Assembly (NCBI RefSeq): GCF_018977255.1
Contig: NW_024704748.1
Coordinates: 24,118,001 to 24,182,000 of the forward strand
DNA from: Callorhinchus milii
Taxonomy: Eukaryota
Direction of reading: 5' to 3'
DNA length: 64,000 bases
Of the stretch, positions 24,942 through 35,490 are shown piece after piece. The notes beneath the pieces were generated by a model. It was not told the DNA's origin. It was given only the letters and a program-made list of their open reading frames with translations, and ran no database searches. The position numbers and the translations under genes were made by a program. Within the stretch, counting starts at the first letter, position 1. Each line of letters starts with the position of its first letter.

Positions 24942-25722
24942 ACGGTGACCGGTGGAGAGACCTCAGGAAATGTCAGATTGAACTCGAGCAAAGCTCCAGT
25001 AATCTGGATCCACCATGGACGTGTTTAACTGGTTCGGAGGAGTGTCAAGAGAGTGGCGTGTGGTCGAGGGATGCAAACACAGCGGGTGCTGTGACCAGCT
25101 TAATCAAAGATCTCAGCCTCAGCGACCGCAATGGAAACCCTTCGGCGCCTCCCAGCAAACGTCAGTGTCGGTCGCTGTCTTTCTCAGATGAACTGTCCAG
25201 CTGTCGGTCTCCGTGGAAACCCAGTGGGTCAAAGGTGTGGACTGCTGTCGATAAAAGACGCTGCCACAGCGGGGGAAGTGTGCAGCGCTGCTCAAATGGG
25301 GTCTCTACAATACAAAGGAGCTCGAGCTTCAGTCTTCCTTCAAGATCCAATGTCTTTTCTCTGTCGTGTGACCCAGCAGCTCCCAGCAGCAGGTCTGCTT
25401 GCCCACAAGGCCAGGGAATCTGGGTCTCGCCAGCTTGTGCAGGTTCGAAGAAGACCTGCTCGGCGGCTCCAGCCCAGGGGATGCTTACAGAGCCGATCTG
25501 CTGAGACCCCTGTCCTTGTCTCATGAGCAGATATCTGTGCTGGAGTTCAGCTTGCCGTCCACACCCACCTCGGCTGCCCAACTCGCCCAACAGACCAGCA
25601 GGTTGCTCCGATGCAGGTCTCAACCGTGTGTCCTCAACGATCAGAAAATTGGGATGAAGCGCCGCAGACAGGAGCAAATTCAAGAGCAAAGACCATCCCT
25701 GGACCTCGCCAAGATGACTCAG
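24942..25722 (+). CDS. FAM53B: FAM53B large coding exon (exon 4), with an apparent 1-nt frameshift at about 25477-25480
   Basis: Acceptor at 24941/24942, donor CAG|GTATGA. Frame A encodes DRWRDLRKC..AVTSLIKDLSLSD..APPSKRQCRSLSFSDE..SKVWT..KRRCHSGGSVQR. Frame B encodes RPLSLSHEQ..RCRSQPCVLNDQKIGMKRRR..QRPSLDLAKMTQ. Confidence 0.93.
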
Positions 25723-26237
25723 GTATGAAGTCGTGAGCAGACTTTTAACCTTAGGCTTACATTTTTTTTCTCTCCAATTTCTTTACGCATAGAAACGGCG
25801 AAGTGAATGAAATCATCACAGAACTTTACATGTTGACTTTGTGCAATCTGTGTTCTTGTGGCCTTTTTTTTACTCCATTGCAAAAGTCCCAGCATTCAGG
25901 TAGGTTCATCGCTGGAAATTTGGCCGCTTTTCGTGACTGTCCTCACTGACAAACAGGTATCGTGGAGAATGAGGACATGGCATGAGTTATGCGTCAGAGT
26001 TTACAGCAGGTAAAGCAAACACAAGAAGCAGTTAGGAATCAGTCACCCAACATTTGCACTCGCATCGAGTGCTCGAGGGAAGAGGATTCATTCATGGAGA
26101 ATTCTGTTGTAAAAATCAGGAGAGATCCTGGATCAATCCAGTTTTGTTGTTGTTGTTTTAGTTCTTGTATGCCGGGGAGAATGGATGTGAGGAAATGCAT
26201 CCCTGAAAATCATGAAGGAAGTTCTCTCTCACCTTTC

Positions 26238-26457
26238 ATAATAATAATAATCCTTGCATTTGATATGGCGCTTTTCACGTCTTCTAAACGTCTCAAAGCG
26301 CTTCACAGAATAGACTGTAAAGTGAATTGACTGTATATTTGTGGGCGAAACGCGGCAGCCAATTGCGCACAGCAATGTCCCACAAACAGTCATTGATTGA
26401 AAATGAACAATTTATTTTTTTTTGTTTTGGAGGGATCATTATTAGGTGTGTGGAGTA
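26238..26457 (-). mobile_element. tRNA-Ala SINE, 3' part (split by an L2 insertion)
   Basis: Tail and body up to attaggtgtgtggagta, continuing at 27490. Confidence 0.88.
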
Positions 26458-27489
26458 CTACAACAACAACAACAACAACTTGGATTTATATAGCGCCCTC
26501 CACGCCGGATGGTGTCTCAGAGCGCTTCACAGTAACGAATCCCGGGGCCGAGCCACGGGGAGGGGAGGGGGAGTGGAAGGTGACCAAAGGCGCGGTCGAA
26601 GAGAAAGGTCTTCAGCAGAGACCTGCAAATGGGAAGGGAGGGAGTGAGACGAAGGGAGTGAGGAAGGGAGTTCCAGAGCCTTGGGGCATAGTGGCTGAAG
26701 GCACGGCCGCCGAGGGTGGAGCGGAGGACTCGGGGGACGAGGAGGAGGCCAGGCCCGGAGGAACAAAGGCAGAATGCAGGCGGCAGAGTTTTGGATGATT
26801 TGGATTTTATGTATGGTGGTGGATGGGAGACCCACGAGGAGGGGGTTAGAGTAGTCCAGCCGAGAGGTGACAAAGGCATGGACCAGGGTTTCAGTGGCCT
26901 TCGGAGAAAGGTATTTGCGGAGACGGGTGATGCGTCGGAGGTGGAAGAAAGCGGTGCTGGTGAGGGACCGGATGTGGGAGAGGAAGGACAATTGGGGGTC
27001 GAACCTGACGCCTAGGTTGCGTATGGACTCGGAGAGTTTTAGGGTGAGGTCGGGTAGGTGGAGGAGGTGAGAGCCGTGGGATTTTAGACGTTGATGAGAG
27101 CCAAAGAGTATGGCTTCCGTCTTGTCGATGTTCAGTTGAAGGAAATTTGTGCTCATCCAGCCCCTGAGATCTGACAGGCAGCTGACAGAACATCAGGGGA
27201 CTGGGGGTCGCAAAGAGAGGTGGAAAAATAGAGTTGGGTGTCATCCGCGTACATGTGGAAATGTACCCCATGTCTGCGGATGACATCCCCAAGAGGGAGC
27301 ATGTAGATCAGAAAGAGGAGGGAGCCAAGGATGGATCCTTGGGGTACCCTGCAGGTAACTGGGTGAGAGCGGGAGGAGAAACCGTTTGTGCAGATGTTCT
27401 GCTGGTGGTTTGTGAGGTAGGACTCGAACCAGGCGAGCGCGGTCCCACTGAGGTGGATGACAGAGGAAAGGCGGTGGAGGAGGATGGCA
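26458..27489 (-). mobile_element. 5'-truncated L2 LINE (RT C-terminal part plus (GTT)n tail)
   Basis: Minus ORFs VPQGSILGSLLFLIYMLPLG..FHMYADDTQLY, NFLQLNIDKTE..NLGVRFDPQLSF..HAFVTSRLDYSN..QNSAA, GGRAFSHYAPRLWNSLP. Frameshifted and internally deleted. Confidence 0.95.
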
Positions 27490-27588
27490 AGTAAGGAAAC
27501 TTGCCCAAGGTTTCTCCCTGCCTGGAGTTGAACCCAGGTCTCTCGCTTGCAAGGCGAGTGCTCTAACCAATGAGCTGCAGGACTCCAC
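27490..27588 (-). mobile_element. tRNA-Ala SINE, 5' head (continuation of 26238-26457)
   Basis: agtaaggaaacttgcccaagg..gagctgcaggactccac. Confidence 0.88.
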
Positions 27589-28989
27589 AATTTCAATCCA
27601 CGTTGACTGCTGTCAGCAGATAAAGGAAATTTACCACTAGCTCCAGGGCTAGGCTGACCCACTTTCTGTGGAAGTTGCACCACATTCTAAACATTATTCA
27701 ACGTACTCAAGGTTATAATTGATGTGTTTTTGTTAGGTTTTTAACGATACTCCCATAAATTCAAGTGCTTTCAATTGCATGTCAGTAACATTCAGCTTAG
27801 TCCAAAGCTGTACTTCAGAGTTTGGGTTGACTCCCTGAAGCTAAACTGAGACTATGAAACGCCTCGAGTGGAGGGAGGAGGGTTCGGAAGGGAATTTGAG
27901 TGAAGGGTGGAAATCACCTTTGACCTGCTCGTAGAACCTGCAGAATTGGGGAGCGTTCTTAAGACTCAGTCCTAGCTTAGTTTTTCCACAGGTGTTAAAA
28001 ATACACTACTTTGAAATCAATCACTAAATTTAAGAAGTCTCCTGAATTCTGCAGCATCATAAAGTTTTATCACAAATTGGTCTTGTGGATCTAGACGAGG
28101 CAGAATTTCGGGACTTTTGAATGAGTCCCAAACAATTTTCAACGGGTATCCTCTGTTAATATTCCAGTATGTTATTGTCATGGTTATCAGATGTTTGACA
28201 ATTGTTTCATGGAGCTATTGAAATATGTTTTCAATTGGAAAATGTATGTGTTTTTTTACAAGGCCATTGCAGAGAAAGCGATGTGACAAAATTCCCACAG
28301 ACAAAAAGCATTTCCATTTGAAATGATTTGCTCCCCTGGTGGAATAATGGACTCAAATTTTCAATAGTACAGTGACCTGTTTTACAGTGAAATGTACTTG
28401 TGCTGGTCCTTTATGTGGACGAAGATAGTCATTATGTTTACGAGTGGATGTTACCAGTCAATTACCCCGCTCTTTGTGCCTGATTCCTGTTCACAGCAGA
28501 TGCATTTCATTGAGCCAAGGTTAGGAACACAAAGGATTTGAAGCCACACAAACAGAAAAAAAGGGGCTTTTAAATCAATATCTTTGGTGTGAGGTACTCA
28601 AGAGATTCCTGTGGAAACCCTTAGGAAACGTATTGCTTTCCTTATCACAGAAAACAGCAATGGGCAGCATTGTCATGTAATCAATTGTCTCCTGACCGAT
28701 AGAATACTTATCAGACTGTTCTAATGGCAATTGAGTTGGAAGAGAGTTGGTAGAGAAATATTCAAGTGACTATTTAACTCTGTGTTCATATGAAAGCATT
28801 AACATGGTCAACTACTTGGAGGGTAGGGTGGTGGGGTGATATGGACAGCAAATAAAAGGGTGAATGTGAGATGTCATTGCCACGCTATAGTAGGAATGGA
28901 ATTACAACTTAGAATTTTAAATTGGTTCAGAAGAAAAATTGGTATGAACGGAATAAAGATTCCCATTCTGTAGACCTAATACAATATGA

Positions 28990-29282
28990 GATGTGAAACT
29001 GAGATCCCATCTGCCTGTTCAGGTGGACATCAAAGATCTCATGGCACTATTCGGAAAGAGAAGGGAGTTTTCTGGGTGACCTACCTGGCTGACAGTCCCC
29101 CAAATAAAATTGGTCATTCACTTCATGGCTGTTTGTGAAACATTGCTGTTTGTGAATTGGCTGCTGCATTTGCATACAAATACACAGTCACTACACCTTA
29201 CAGTAAATCTCATAAAGTGTTTGGAGATGTCTTCTTGACGTAAAAGGCAGCGTATATCAAATGCAAGGATTACTATTATTTA
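28990..29282 (+). mobile_element. Ancient Deu-domain SINE
   Basis: ctgcctgttcaggtggacatcaaagatctcatggcactattcgg..gggagttttctgggtg..atatcaaatgcaaggattac. Confidence 0.7.
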
Positions 29283-29562
29283 TCTGCCTTTTTCCAGCTG
29301 AATTATGGTTCATTTGTACAATAGACATTAGATTGATCTGTAAGAGTCCAATGGAAACTGTCAGTGCTGGAGCCACAGTGTTAGGGTTACATTCGCCAGG
29401 GCCAAGGTTTTACCACTAGAGCCCAGTTGTTACAATGCCAACTCCACGAGGTGCTCTCTCTGCGCTGGATGAGTGAATTGGCAAACACCTGCCCCCAAGA
29501 CAGGTTCATTTGGTGACTGAAATGAACGTGAGCTACAGCAAACTGTAGCAGATCAGTAGCAG

Positions 29563-30120
29563 ATTCCTCTTCATCGGCCTTCCCAACTCTTCGCTTCACA
29601 AGCTGCAAATCATCCAAAACTCGCACACCAGGCTCCATGACCCCATCACTCCCACCCTCACTTGCCTCCACTGGCTCCCCATCCCCCAGAGGATCGAATT
29701 GAAGATCCTCATCCTCACCTACAAGGCCATTCACAGCCTTGCACCCTCCTACCTCTCCGACCTACTATCCCCCCATGTACCTGTCCGTACCCTTCGTTCC
29801 TCTGGCTCCGGTCTGCTCCACACCACCCCCGCCCTAACCGCCCTACCATCGGTGACCGGACTTTCAGCCTCTCAGCCCCGAGGCTCTGGAACTCCATCCC
29901 CCAGTGCCTTCGCCGCTTCCTCCCTTTCCTGCTTTAAGGCCGGTTTCAAGACCTTTCTCTTCAGCCGTGCCTTCAGCTCCCCTCTCGACTCTCTACCCCC
30001 TCCCTTCCCTCCCCTCACCCTGACCATTTCCCCTCTGCTCGGGTCCCGACCCAACTGTCCAACGCCTTGGGGACGTGAAAGGCGCTCTATAAATGCAATC
30101 TTGTTGTTGTTGTTGTAGTA
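29563..30120 (+). mobile_element. L2 LINE 3' fragment with (GTT)n tail
   Basis: KLQIIQNS, LHWLPIPQRIELKILILTYKAIHSLAPSYLSDLL, RTFSLSAPRLWNSIP, FKTFLF, then tail gtgaaaggcgctctataaatgcaatcttgttgttg. Confidence 0.92.
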
Positions 30121-31099
30121 GGTGGGTCCAATTTCAACAAAAATTGCATTCATCCATCCCAGAGCCCTGAGATACAGCTTGCAGTGCATCCCAGACAGTC
30201 ATCTCCAAATGCTGAACTCTGACTTTCAGGAAGTGTTGCAGATTATTTTAAGGCCGTGGAATCCTGGAGAAATCTTTTGGCTAAACTTTTGGCCAGAAGA
30301 AGCTTGTTGAGACTACTATCCCTGTGGAGTCCGACATAACTTCTGCTTGAGTCAGGCTATGGCATCAAAGTCATTTCCTTTCAGATCTTTTTTTCCATGC
30401 AAGTTTGTTACACATTAATGGGCTGTTGTCCTTTCTTTGCTTTGTCAGTCGAGCCAATTTACTGACCCAGTAAACGCTTGGAATGTGTTGATTTCATTGC
30501 ATCGATGATCAAATGTGCTTGTTTGTGAATAAGTTAGTGTTGCCGGAGCCTGAGATCCGGGACTATCAGAGATTTCCTGAGCGAGAGACATCACACCCGA
30601 ACCAACCAGACACAAGCTCCCCTTTAAATAAGTTTTCAAGGCTCGAGCCCTGAATTATCTGCACATCGACCTGACTTTCATATTTTGAGTCACTTCTGTC
30701 CTCTTGATAACAAAATGAAATGATTTTTATTTTGCAGCCATTTTCCTCTTCTCCTCTTCCTGAAGTCTCTTGTTGGTGTAAAGCATCTGTTCAGTACCTC
30801 GCCCAAGAGATTGAGTGTGATCGGGATAGTGAGTGTCAGGAGGTGATTCAGCCTTGGAAGGCATCATGTTGAGGCTGATTCCTGTTCTCTCTTGACAGGT
30901 TTAAAGGTGCTATACAAATGTAATCTTCTTGTTGTTTTGAAATTCTAGTTAGTGTGCAAATTGGCTGCAACGTTTATCTGCAAAATACATAGCCACTGCA
31001 CTCTATAATAACGTCTTGATGACCAGGTATTAGATCAAACAATTAGGCACAACTGTAAGACCAAATAGCCTTACAGGCTAAGGCTAGGTGGGGAAAAAA

Positions 31100-31270
31100 A
31101 ATTGGTCACTCAGTCCATGACTGTTTGTGGGCACTGCTGTGCGCAATTGGCTGTCGTGTTTCACCCACAAAACATACAGTCGACTTACTTTATAGTATAT
31201 TCTGTGAAGCACTTTGGGACTTCTAGAAGACGTGGTAAAGCTCTACATCAAATACAAAGATTATTATTAA
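31100..31270 (+). mobile_element. SINE 3' half
   Basis: ggtcactcagtccatgactgtttgtgggcactgctgtgcgcaattggctg..attattatt. Confidence 0.78.
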
Positions 31271-32829
31271 TTTGGGAACATGGGTTACTGAGGAAATCTG
31301 ACGGTTCCAGATTCCAGCTGTATTTCACTTGGTGTCATTTGCAGCTCTTGACAGATTGTTGGCTGCGTAGAACTGAGTAAAAGTTGTGAGATAGGTAGCG
31401 AGCACCAGAATGAAACCCATTCTGGACAAACTGAGTGACATTTGGTTGGCAGCTGCCAGCTTTTTTCCCTTAAGCTATTTATATACTTTTATGTTAGAAT
31501 GACATCAAGGTTGATGTGAATGGCAGATTCTGACCGGTGACTTTGCCAGATTCCAGCTGTATTGACCTACAGTACATTGGCCACTCAGGCTTCACATTTC
31601 ATGGCTTATATAAGACCAACAATTCCTGCTTTATTTCTGCACATCTGAAATCTAGTCCTAAAGTATACATCACAAAAAAATTAAATCTGATAAACGTCTG
31701 GAAAAGGAAAACCCCCGAGAGATTGAAGGGATTTGTAAAATGCATTTATACATACAGGATCCATTTGTACAGTATGTATATTGCGGTAATCCTCCAAATG
31801 CTGCAATATCCCTTTGCTCAAGATCTTCCGGTCAATTTCATGAATTCTGATTCAACAGTAGCCTCTTGTTACATGTGCTGACTTGAAAGCGAAACTACCC
31901 GAGAACCAAGTACTGGCAATAAAATGGAAACAGTGTTAAAAAGGTAACTTACAGAAATAAAAATTGGCCAGCTACGAGGTTTCGGATTCTCTGGATAGTT
32001 GACGGCAAAGGGAAAAGTTCATCATTCAGTTTTTCTTGCTGGTGATTGGAGATGGATTTGTCCCACAAAATATATAGTCAATTAATTCACTTTACAGTAT
32101 ATCTGTGAAGTGCTTTGAGACGTCTTGAAGACATGATAAAGTCCTATATCAAATGCAAGGATTATTATTATTATATATGCTGCCTGACATATTGGGATGT
32201 GTCTTATCCTGATTACTAAACCTAGAAATTGGAAATGCGACTGGAAAGATATTAGGGAAATGATCGCTCCTTTCAGCTGTGGGTGTAAGAGAGGCCCTGG
32301 TGTCTCTTTGGCCCACCAAAATGCTAGAAGATTTAATGCAAGAGCAAATCCATTACATTTCTAAAATATTCCATTTGAATTGGAAGCTTGTCAGAAATTG
32401 TGAAGTAGGACTGTGTTTTGTTTTGTGTGAATTCCTTTCCAGTGAATAAAATGTTGTGGGAAAGCAGGTTATTCACTGAACAGGAACTGACTGCAGCAAC
32501 TCTGAAATTGGGAAGAATAGAAAGGGCCTATGTGCAGAGTTATTGAAGCAGTGAATATGATGCATCAAGTGCAAGGTGAGTGAATAGGTGTATTTACAAC
32601 TGCCTGAGGGGGCTTGGAAGTGTGTCATATGCAATTTCATATCAAATGGTCCGTAAAATGGGAATACTTTGATAAAAGCTGGAATTTCACTGTCTGAAGA
32701 TTTTGATGTCAAATGTCAAGTGTGACATTTCATTGTTACAAGAGGCCTTTCTAGATGCACTTCTTTGAGCAGTGTGTATGTGTTTTTTCTGTGTACCACA
32801 GTAAGAGTTTATTTTAATATACTTAATAA

Positions 32830-33010
32830 TTAGGTCACTCAATCCACGACTGTTTGTGGGGCACTTTGTGGGGCACTGCTGTGTGCAATTGGTTGCCACG
32901 TTTTGCCCACAAAATATATAGTCAACTCACTTTAGGGTATATTCTGTGAAGCGCTTTGAGACATCTCAAAGACGTGATAAGGCACTATATCAAATACAAG
33001 AATTATTTTT
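32830..33010 (+). mobile_element. SINE 3' half with a small internal duplication (tttgtggg(g)cact twice)
   Basis: Matches the SINE body and tail. Confidence 0.78.
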
Positions 33011-34044
33011 ATTGCTTTATCACAAAGATACTCCTGATATCAGTGTAACTGGGAAATCAGTTTTCTGGAATACATTCAGGAATATCTTCTACATATATAA
33101 AAGATTTGAGCACATTGGAGGTAAATTGGAATAAGAAAGAACTCATTTGCACCTTTTTAAACTGAGTGATTACCTGCACCATATCTTTTGAGAAGCAAAA
33201 TGGGTAGACTCGATGGACTAATGAAACAATTCTGTCTGTAATTATTAGTGCATTACCATTGTAAAGGTAGAGAAGTTTCACCTCTTTCAAATCACTCCTT
33301 GTCAATGTAATGAGGGGTGATAACTCAATTCGAACTTTAGGATTAACAGCTCAGCCGTCAACCCAGTAGTTTGGGTTCCCAACATGAAGAAGAACAAGTA
33401 AAACTTCACCTTATGTGGATTTTCCTTTGCTTGCAGTATACGTATCTGTTTTTAAACAAAACAGATCAAATGCGGGAGTGCTGAAGCTATAATTAAAAAT
33501 GAGGCCTGGAAAGTTAAAAGGAGGGAATCACAGGAGTCTTGAGTTTCCTTGGAATTTGTAAGTAATAGGAATAAATTACTGAAAGACCTTGAACATTAAA
33601 ATTGTAAATGAAGTAAATGAACTCCCAGGCATTGTTAATTATAAAAAGTCATTAAATCCTGATCATTATTTAAAAAAATTCCCCTGACTAGAGTTAAAGA
33701 TTCAGTGCGCTTTCCTGACCCATCTACATTAGTGACTTGAGTTGTATTGGGAGGCAGTGTGGGTTGATGCCCTGTCCTGATGTGCTGTGGTGTTTGACTG
33801 AGTCAGTGATTTTTCCTTGCGGAAAGTTTCCTCCCTTGACTGTGTGGTCAGAAGCCAACACTTTTCACTGGGAAATAGAGAAGATTAGAGCCACTAAGGC
33901 AGTTCCATAATGCAATCTGTACAAAGAGTTGTCATATTCCATATGAGACAATGTATTTTCGGTTGGAAGGATATTCTTGACCTTGAAAAGGTGTAGAGGT
34001 GAGCAAATAGTAAATGCAGAAGAGTGTGATAGGCATATGGGCTT

Positions 34045-34265
34045 TGTCCATCTGCTCGTCTGGATGTTAAAAATCCCATGGCACTATTCCAAAAGGGAAG
34101 GGAGTTTCTCCTGGTTTCCTGGCCAACAGTCCTCCAAATTAACAGTTCATTCATCACTTGGCAGTTTATGGGACATTGCTCTGTACTAATTTGTTGCCAT
34201 ATTTGCCCACAAAAACGGTCATTACACTTGAGAGTAAGTACCTGTAAACACTTTGCGATATTTTG
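34045..34265 (+). mobile_element. Ancient Deu-domain SINE fragment
   Basis: ggatgttaaaaatcccatggcactattccaaaagggaagggagtttctcctggtttcctggccaaca. Confidence 0.65.
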
Positions 34266-35184
34266 ATTCGTAGGCGCTACTCAGGATTTTTCTTGCAATA
34301 AACATAATAACAGATATTGGGAATTTGAGCTACTATGAGGGAAAGTTAAGGAAGATGAATCAATTTCCTTGGGAAAAACGAGACTTCAAGATGACTCAGT
34401 TGAATTCTCTAGACAGTTTGCAAATGATTCATCTGGTTTCTCTTGAAGTCATTGTTTTTGAAATTGGCAAAGGTTCTCTTGTTCATGTTTTGCCCAGTGC
34501 TGGCTATGCTAATAGTGACCCATAGAAACAACCTTGTGTTACCATTGCAACCAAACCTAGCTTGCAGTAGTGCAAGTATAGCTCCTTTTACAGTCCAAAC
34601 AACCTGTTTCTCCTCAAATCTAAAGAAAAGCACGACCTTTATAAGGAGCTTGTAGTGCTCTTGTCGGGTTGCCGTGCTGAGGGTATCATTTAACATCAGT
34701 GCCTCTTACTCGATGGGGAAATGGCTGAAATTTAAAAGGCCCATCGTGCATACACGACAACTGCTGTTTGAAGTTGCTTGAGTTGTAATTTTACACAATG
34801 AGACAGATGTAGCAAACCTTTTGTAGTGTTGGCTGCTCAACATTTGCTTTTTAATGTACCCTGGATCATAAAGTCCTGGATGTCTGGTTTTAAGGCGTAC
34901 ATGTTGCCCTCCAAGAACTGAATGAGTCTGTATAGTTTACAACTGATCTGCTCAGCAGGAGATGAAGGGAATCATTTATATGCCATAAAAAAATTAGAAG
35001 TTGCCCTTTTGAAATACACACAGTGTTGAGAAAAACATGGAGGTTATCAAAGTGGGGAAACCTAATGTGTGTTTGTGGTGTGTGTGTGTGTATGTGTTCT
35101 ATATTGGAGAAAATATACAACACACAAATAAATGGTTATTTATCCCCTGCCTTTTCTACCCTTGTATTATCTCTCAATACAATT

Positions 35185-35490
35185 GTGGAGTCCTGTAGCT
35201 CAGTGGTTAGAGCACTCGCTTTGCAAGTGAGAGACCTGAAAAGGGCGAAACCTTGGGCAAGTTTCCTTACTCCACACAGAGCCTAATAATAATCCCTCCA
35301 AAACCAAAAACAATAATAATTGGTCATTTTCAATCTACGACTGGTTGTGGGACATTGCTGTGCGCAATTGGCTGCCGCGTTCGCCCACAAATATAGTCAA
35401 TTCACTTTACAGTGTGTTCTGTGAAGCGCTTTGGGACGTCCTCCCGACGTGAAAAGCGTTATATCAAATACAAGGATTATTATTATTATA
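35185..35490 (+). mobile_element. Young tRNA-Ala/Deu SINE with the B box deleted
   Basis: gtggagtcctgtagctcagtggttagagcac..gagacctg|aaagggcgaaacc lacks agttcaattccaggc. Body and tail are intact. Confidence 0.92.

Noticed and set aside
25393-25442. 50-nt GT..AG mini-intron that would restore the exon 4 frame
   Set aside because: It is very short for a vertebrate intron and has a weak donor (gtctgc). It would also remove residues that align to FAM53B. A missing G explains the shift more simply.
25465-25500. Programmed ribosomal frameshift in FAM53B
   Set aside because: There is no canonical X XXY YYZ slippery heptamer, and orthologues as I recall them are continuous in frame.
25162-25689. Antisense ORFs over FAM53B exons 4 and 5 (also 42584-43036)
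   Set aside because: Shadow ORFs of GC-rich coding sequence.
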